DNA of 64,000 nt, from assembly GCA_963725095.1 (NCBI GenBank), contig CAVRXJ010000022.1:135856-199855 (forward strand). Direction: 5' to 3'. Below, one piece after another: positions 58,365-64,000 of the stretch (position 1 is the stretch's first letter; every line of letters begins with the position of its first letter). The DNA comes from an uncultured Acidobacteriota bacterium. Lineage in GTDB: Bacteria > Acidobacteriota > Thermoanaerobaculia > UBA5066 > Gp7-AA6. Below the pieces are notes generated by a model. It did no database searches. It had not been told where the DNA came from and saw nothing but the letters and a program-made list of their open reading frames with translations. A program made the position numbers and the translations under genes.

Positions 58365-59488
58365 GGGGCCGGGGACGGATCGTCTGCAAAATGGATGAGG
58401 ATCGATCCGTTGGCACATACGTGATCGCCGCCGGAGGAACGGGAGGCCACATCTTTCCGGGAATTGCGCTCGCGCGCGAAGTGGCAGCCCGCCGGCCGGG
58501 CGCCCGGGTCGTGTTCGTCGGGACGGACCGCGGGATGGAGGCTCGGCTCGTGCCAGCCGCGGGCTTTCCGCTCGAGACGGTGAGCGCCAGCGGGTTTGCG
58601 GGCAAGGGGCTCGGCGCGCGGATGCTGGCGCTCGCCCGCCTCCCGCGTCGGGATCCTCGAGGCCAGGCGCCTTCTGCGCCGTCTGTCGCCGCGCGCGGTG
58701 GCCGGAGTCGGCGGGTACGCCAGCGTCCCCGTGATCCTCGCGGCCCGGTCGCTCGGCGATCCCGACGCTCATCCACGAGTCCAACGCCCTGCCCGGGGAT
58801 CGCCAACCGGTTCCTCGCCCGCGTCGCCACTCAAACGGCCGTGGGGCTCGAAGCCGCCCGTTCCAGGCTTCCCGGAGCGGCGACAGTGACGGGCAATCCC
58901 GTCCGGGCCGAGTTCTTCGCGGCGCCCCCGCTCGACGCCGGCAGGAGCCCCCGCCGCCTCCTCGTCTTCGGCGGAAGCCAGGGGTCCGCGGCGCTCAACC
59001 GCGCGATGTCGGAGGCCGTGCCTCATCTGGCGGCCGCCGGGCTCGAGGTCATCCATCAGACGGGCGAGAAGGGGCTCGCCGCGGCGCGGGCGGCCTGCCC
59101 GAACCTGCCCGCGGGCTGGCGCCTGGAGCCCTTCCTTCCGCTGCTCCACGAGCAGATGTCCTGGTGCGACCTGGCCGTCTGCCGCGCCGGCGCGTTGACG
59201 CTTTCCGAGCTCGCGGCGGCAGGGCGTCCGGCCGTGCTCGTGCCGCTCTCGACGTCGACGCACGGCCATCAGCTCGAGAACGCCCGCGCCTTCGCGGAGG
59301 CGGGAGCGGCGGTCGTGCTCGAGGAGAAGGACCTTTCCGGCCCGGCGCTGGCCCAGGCCGTCCGCCGGCTGATGGGGGACCCGGCCGGCCTCGCCCGCAT
59401 GGGGCAGGAGGCTCGGCGGCTCGCGCGCCCGGATGCCGCGGCGCGGCTCGCCGACCTCCTCTTCGGGATCGAGCGGGAGGCCGCGTGA
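58361..59488 (+). CDS. murG: UDP-N-acetylglucosamine--N-acetylmuramyl-(pentapeptide) pyrophosphoryl-undecaprenol GlcNAc transferase MurG, three +1 shifts (near 58645, 58758, 58797) that restore the frame
   Basis: GTG 58361 (GTGA overlap with ftsW) or ATG 58391. AAGGTGGHIFPG. Middle section read in other frames gives GVGGYASVPVILAARSLG / IPTLIHESNALPG / IANRFL. C-terminal GGSQGS, RAGALTLSELAAAGRPAVLVP, HQLENA. Confidence 0.9.
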   Translation: MRGRGRIVCKMDEDRSVGTYVIAAGGTGGHIFPGIALAREVAARRPGARVVFVGTDRGMEARLVPAAGFPLETVSASGFAGKGLGARMLALARLPRRDPRGQAPSAPSVAARGGRSRRVRQRPRDPRGPVARRSRRSSTSPTPCPGIANRFLARVATQTAVGLEAARSRLPGAATVTGNPVRAEFFAAPPLDAGRSPRRLLVFGGSQGSAALNRAMSEAVPHLAAAGLEVIHQTGEKGLAAARAACPNLPAGWRLEPFLPLLHEQMSWCDLAVCRAGALTLSELAAAGRPAVLVPLSTSTHGHQLENARAFAEAGAAVVLEEKDLSGPALAQAVRRLMGDPAGLARMGQEARRLARPDAAARLADLLFGIEREAA

Positions 59489-60874
59489 GGTTTCTCCGGC
59501 TGCGCCGCCTGCATTTCGTCGGGGTCGGGGGCGTCGGCATGAGCGGCCTGGCGGAGATCCTCCTGCTGTCGACCCCGCTCGAGATCTCGGGATGCGACCT
59601 GCAGCGCTCGGAGAACACGGATCGCCTGGCCAGGCTCGGCGCCCGAATCGCGACCGGGCACGATCCGGCGCACGTGAAGGACGCCGATCTCGTCGTCATT
59701 TCTTCGGCGGTCGGCGAGTCGAATCCCGAGGTCGCGGCGGCGCGCGCGGCGGGTCTCCCGGTCATCCGGCGCGCCGAGATGCTCGGCGAGATCATGCGCT
59801 TGAAGCAGGGCATCGCCATCGCCGGCACGCACGGGAAGACGACGACCACCTCGATGACGGGCCTCGTGCTGACCGAGGCGGGCTTCGACCCCACGATCGT
59901 CGTCGGAGGGCAGGTCCGGATCCTGGGGACGGGGGCGCGGCTGGGCGCGGGCGAGTTCCTGGTCGCCGAAGCCGACGAGTTCGACCGCTCCTTCCTCGAG
60001 CTCACACCGGTCGTGGCCGTGATCACCAACGTCGAGGCGGATCACCTCGACACCTACCGGGACCTCGACGAGATCGTCGACGCCTTCACGGCTTTCGCCA
60101 ACCGCGTCGCCTTCTACGGAGCCGTGATCGGCTGCGCCGACGACCCGGGCGTCGCGCGCGTGCTCGCGCGGGTCAAGCGGAGGGTCGTGACGTACGGGGA
60201 GTCGCCGGAGGCGAGCCTGCGGGCGCGCGACATCCGGCCCGACCCCGCCGGGAACGACGTTCGAGGTCTGGGAGGGCGAGCGGTGGCTGCTCGGGACGGT
60301 CCGGCTTCCGATCCCCGGGCGACACAACGTCGCCAACGCCCTGGCCGCCGTCGCCGTCGGCCGCGAGCTCTCGATCCCGTTTCCCAAGATCGCCGCCGCG
60401 CTCGCGTCGTTCTCGGGTGTGGTCCGGCGGTTCGAGACGAAGGGCGAGCGGGCCGGGGTGCTCGTCGTCGACGACTATGCCCATCACCCGACCGAGATCG
60501 CCGCGACCCTCGCGGCCGCGCGGCAGGTCTATCCCGGCAAGCGCCTGGTGGCCCTCTTCCAGCCGCACCTTTTCTCGCGGACCCGCGACTTTGCGGCCGA
60601 ATTCGGCCGGTCTCTCTGCGCGAGCGACGTGGCGGTCGTCACGGACGTCTACCCCTCGCGGGAGAAGCCGATCCCCGGGGTGACGGGCGAGCTGATCGCC
60701 AGGGCGGCCCGCGACTCCGGGCATCGCGAACGTCGTCTATATTGCTGAAAAGAAGACGGTTGTCAGATGAGATCGAGAAGCTTCTGCGGCCCGGAGACCT
60801 TCTTCTGACCATGGGGGCGGGTGACATCGTGCGCGTGGGCGAGGAGTTTCTGGCGCGGAGGATCCCGTGGCTGA
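59485..60874 (+). CDS. murC: UDP-N-acetylmuramate--L-alanine ligase MurC, at least 3 frameshifts; 3' end approximate
   Basis: GTGA overlap with murG. HFVGVGGVGMSGLAE, IAGTHGKTTTTSM, EADEFDRSF, TNVEADHLD, GRHNVANALAA, DDYAHHPTEI, FQPHLFSRTRD, LLTMGAGDI. TGA at 60872-60874 is reachable only after a further shift. Confidence 0.9.
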
Positions 60875-61634
60875 TACCGGCTTCCTGCGCCGGGGGCGTG
60901 TCCTGCCACGGCGAAAACGCGCCCTGGCCGCCGTTCGCATCTCGGTGCTCGCGGTGCTGGCCCTCGCCGCGCTTCTGGCGGTCGGGCGCCTGCTCTCGGG
61001 CTCGCTCCTGACGCTGGCGCGCTTCGAAGTTTCTGGCAATCAGCGGGCGCGCACCGAAGAAATTCTGGCCGCACTCGCTCCGTACCGAACGAAGAACCTG
61101 TTGACGCTCGACCTCGCCTCCGCCGCGGACCGTCTCCTCGCGCACCCCTGGATCGAGAGGGTCACGCTCTCCAAGCGCTTTCCCGACGGCCTCGAGGTGC
61201 GCGTGTCCGAGCGGCGCGCCGTCGCGCTCTGGCGGGACGGATCGGCGCGCCTGATGTTTCTCGGCATCGACGGCCGACCGATCGCGCCGTATGACCCTCG
61301 CGCCGACGCGGCGGACTACGTGATCGTCCGGGGCGAATCCCGCGCGCTGCCGGAGCTGGTCGACCTGCTCGAAGATCTCCGCGCGCACAACCCCGAATAC
61401 TTTGCCGCGCTCTCCGAAATCGATGCGTTGCCCGACGCCGGATTCGGTATGATGGATTCGATCTTTCGGAGGCCGGTGCGAGTTCTCCGGCGGGACGCTT
61501 CCGAAAAAGTCGCCGCGCTGCTTCGGGTGCGCAGTCTGATGGAGAGACGGGGTTGGGAGGCTCGGGCCATCGATCTTCGCTTCGCGGATCAAATCGTGCT
61601 GGTGGGCGCCTGGGGTGCAGGAAATTCCTTGTGA
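60867..61634 (+). CDS. ftsQ: Cell division protein FtsQ (POTRA domain)
   Basis: Intact 255 aa from GTG 60867. TM ISVLAVLALAALLAVG. POTRA FEVSGNQRARTEEILAAL. FtsQ-type beta domain. Confidence 0.85.
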   Translation: MADTGFLRRGRVLPRRKRALAAVRISVLAVLALAALLAVGRLLSGSLLTLARFEVSGNQRARTEEILAALAPYRTKNLLTLDLASAADRLLAHPWIERVTLSKRFPDGLEVRVSERRAVALWRDGSARLMFLGIDGRPIAPYDPRADAADYVIVRGESRALPELVDLLEDLRAHNPEYFAALSEIDALPDAGFGMMDSIFRRPVRVLRRDASEKVAALLRVRSLMERRGWEARAIDLRFADQIVLVGAWGAGNSL

Positions 61635-61737
61635 GGCCCGAAGGAACCGAGAGGGGAGAGGGACGAAATCTTTGGCCGATGTTTCCGCTCGCCCTTCGCC
61701 TCCCGCGTCCCCTTTCCCGGCCCACGGCTTCCTGAGA

Positions 61738-62964
61738 ATGGCCAAGCCCGAGAATTTTCTCGTCGCCTGCGACATCGGTTCCTCGAAGATCTGCGTCCTG
61801 ATCGGCGAGCAGAACGCCCACGGCTCGCTCGACGTCATCGGAAAGGGAGCCGCCGCCAACCGCGGCACCCGCAAGGGGAACATCGTCAACGTCGACGCCA
61901 CGATCGAGGCCATCAAGCGGGCGGCCGAGGAGGCCGAGATCATGGCGGGCGTGCAGATCTCCCGGGCCTGGGTCGGCGTCTCGGGATCGAACGTCCGCTC
62001 CTTCAACAGCCGGGGCGTCGTGGCGGTCGCCGGCAAGGACCGGGAGATCACCCGGGACGACGTCGCGCGGGTCATCGACGCGGCGCGCGGGGTGCAAATC
62101 CCTCAGGATCATGAGGTTGTGCACGTCGTCCCGCGGGACTTCACGGTGGACGGACAGGACGGCGTGGCCGACCCGGTGGGCATGGTGGGCTCGCGCCTCG
62201 AGGCGGACGTGCACGTCGTGACGGCGCCCGGTGGCGGTCACGCAGAACGTCGTGACCTGCATGAACAAGGCGGGCATCGAGGTGGTCCAGCTCGTGCTCG
62301 AGCAGTTCGCCGCCGCCGAGGCGGTCCTGACGCCCGACGAAAGGGAGCTCGGGATCGCGCTCGTCGACATCGGAGGCGGGCACGACGGAGCTCGCGGTCT
62401 ACCAGCGCGGGTCGATCGCCCACACCGCCGTGATTCCGATCGGCGGGGATCACTTCACCAACGACCTCGCCGTGGTCCTGCGGGCGCCGATCACGGACGC
62501 CGAGCGGATCAAGAAGAAGTACGGCTGCGCCCTGCGCTCGGCGGTGGGCGAGGACGAGATGGTCGAGGTTCCGATGGTCGGCGGCCGCGCGCCGAAGCTC
62601 TGCCCGCGCACGACCCTCTCGGAGATCCTGCAGCCGCGGGCCGAGGAGCTGCTCTCGCTCGTGCGCGAAGACCTGCAGCGGCTCGGGCCTCGACAAGGAG
62701 ATCCGTTCGGGCGTCGTGCTCACCGGTGGCGGCGCCGAGCTCGAGGGCCTCGTCGAGGTGGCCGAGGGCATCTTCGAGGGCCCGGTGCGTCGGGGAGTTC
62801 CGGCGGGCGTCGGCGGCCTCGTGGACGTCGTGTCGCGGCCGGAGTGGGCGACGGCGACCGGGCTCCTGCTCTACGGCCACCGCTACAAGCCCCGGCGGCG
62901 CCGCGCCGAAGGCCTGTCGCGGATCACGAGCTCGGTGGCGAAAGCCTTCCGAGAATTCTTTTGA
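61738..62964 (+). CDS. ftsA: Cell division protein FtsA, three frameshifts (near 62230, 62385, 62690)
   Basis: FLVACDIGSSKICVLIGE, GTRKGNIVNVDAT, VVHVVPRDFTVDGQDGV, NVVTCMNKAGIEV, LVDIGGG, GGDHFTNDLA, VLTGGGAELEGL. The C-terminal amphipathic tail ...VAKAFREFF is typical of FtsA. Confidence 0.9.
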
Positions 62965-63005
62965 GTCCCAGGCGAAAGGAAATTCCGCGAGGGAGGGAAC
63001 GCGCG

Positions 63006-64000
63006 ATGATCGAGTTCGCAGGCGACGACAAACCGCATCGGCTCTCGATCGAGTTGGAGGGCGGCGACGCCTCGCCCGGCGACGATCAAGGTGATCGGGG
63101 TCGGGGGCGGCGGAACCAACGCGGTCAATCGGATGATCGCGGCCGGTCTGCGGGGTGTCGAGTACATCGCCTGCAACACGGACCTGCAGGCGCTGCGCCT
63201 GGCCGGTGCGCCGCTGAAGATGCAGATCGGCTCGAGGCTGACCAAGGGGCTCGGCGCGGGCGCCGATCCGGACGTCGGCCGCAACGCCGCCCTCGAGGAT
63301 CAGGAGAAGCTCTCGCAGATCGTCAAGGGCGCCGACATGGTCTTTCTGGCGGCGGGACTGGGCGGCGGCACCGGCTCCGGCGCGGGGCCGATCATCGCCA
63401 AGCTCGCGGCCGAGGCCGGCGCACTGACCGTCGCGGTCGTCACCAAGCCCTTCGATTTCGAGGGAAAGAAGCGGATGCGCCAGGCCGAGCGCGCGGCGCG
63501 CGAGCTGCGCGACCACGTCGACACGCTGATCACGATTCCCAACCAGCGCCTGCTCTCCTTCGTCGAGAAGAACACGCCCTTGAACGAGGCCTTCAAGACC
63601 GCCGACGACGTGCTGCGCCAGGCGATCCAGGGGATCTCGGACCTGATCAACTGCCCGGGGGAGATCAATCTCGACTTCGCCGACGTCAAGAAGATCATGT
63701 CGGACATGGGCCGCGCCCTGATGGGCACGGCGACCGCCGAGGGGGAGAACCGCGCCGTTCACGCCGCGCAGGCGGCGATCAGCTCGCCCCTGCTCGAAGA
63801 CGCCTCGATCGAGGGCGCGCGCGGCATCCTCATGAACATCACGGGCGGGGCGGACCTGACGCTCTTCGAGGTCAACGAGGCCGCGGAGATCATCCAGCAG
63901 GCCGCCGATCCGGAGGCGGAGATCCTCTTCGGGTGCGTGCACGACGAACGCCTGTCGGGCATCGTGAAGGTCACCGTCATCGCCACGGGCTTCGACCGCG
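63006..64000 (+). CDS. ftsZ: Cell division GTPase FtsZ, 3'-truncated by window edge, one frameshift near 63080
   Basis: ATG 63006 with GAGGGAGGGA upstream. After a -1 shift: [17 protein letters not shown], tubulin signature [38 protein letters not shown]. Open to base 64000. Confidence 0.95.
   Translation, partial: MIEFAGDDKPHRLSIELEGGDASPGDDQGDRGRGRRNQRGQSDDRGRSAGCRVHRLQHGPAGAAPGRCAAEDADRLEADQGARRGRRSGRRPQRRPRGSGEALADRQGRRHGLSGGGTGRRHRLRRGADHRQARGRGRRTDRRGRHQALRFRGKEADAPGRARGARAARPRRHADHDSQPAPALLRREEHALERGLQDRRRRAAPGDPGDLGPDQLPGGDQSRLRRRQEDHVGHGPRPDGHGDRRGGEPRRSRRAGGDQLAPARRRLDRGRARHPHEHHGRGGPDALRGQRGRGDHPAGRRSGGGDPLRVRARRTPVGHREGHRHRHGLRP

Noticed and set aside
57195-58784. 529-aa minus-strand ORF
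   Set aside because: Antisense to the intact ftsW and to murG. No motifs.

Overview
High-GC (roughly 70%) bacterial chromosomal segment with no rRNA, tRNA, CRISPR array, transposase or integrase that I can recognise. Gene content (SBBP beta-propeller and SLH-type secreted giants, ECF sigma, RND efflux) suggests an Acidobacteriota-like organism, but that is only an inference. Layout: (1) 1-8.8 kb housekeeping and catabolic genes (GcvT-like, Rieske oxygenase, DUF983, PqqB-like, ettA, ubiE, acyl-CoA dehydrogenase). (2) 8.8-30.2 kb accessory-looking region. It holds three paralogous giant secreted proteins that share an IPT plus 3x Cys-containing SLH-like C-terminal module, cysK, an M64 peptidase, a radical-SAM/acyltransferase/B12-radical-SAM cluster, a stand-alone LigD polymerase domain, and a five-gene operon of unknowns led by a 38-aa ORF behind a strong promoter. 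(3) 30.5-42.5 kb: two-domain ThyX-like gene, an ECF sigma fused to a ZAS zinc-finger next to thioredoxin, a TolC-MFP-RND operon with two small tail genes, a second acyl-CoA dehydrogenase, iscS. (4) 42.6-64 kb: mfd, a SurA-like PPIase, an HhH-GPD glycosylase-like gene and a complete dcw cluster (mraZ to ftsZ, truncated at the window end). The main technical feature is that most conserved genes, including essential ones, are broken by single-nucleotide frame shifts (about 70 by eye). I treat these as assembly or sequencing indels and annotate merged genes, so internal coordinates of the shifts are approximate. Most long antisense ORFs in the track are GC-driven shadow ORFs.
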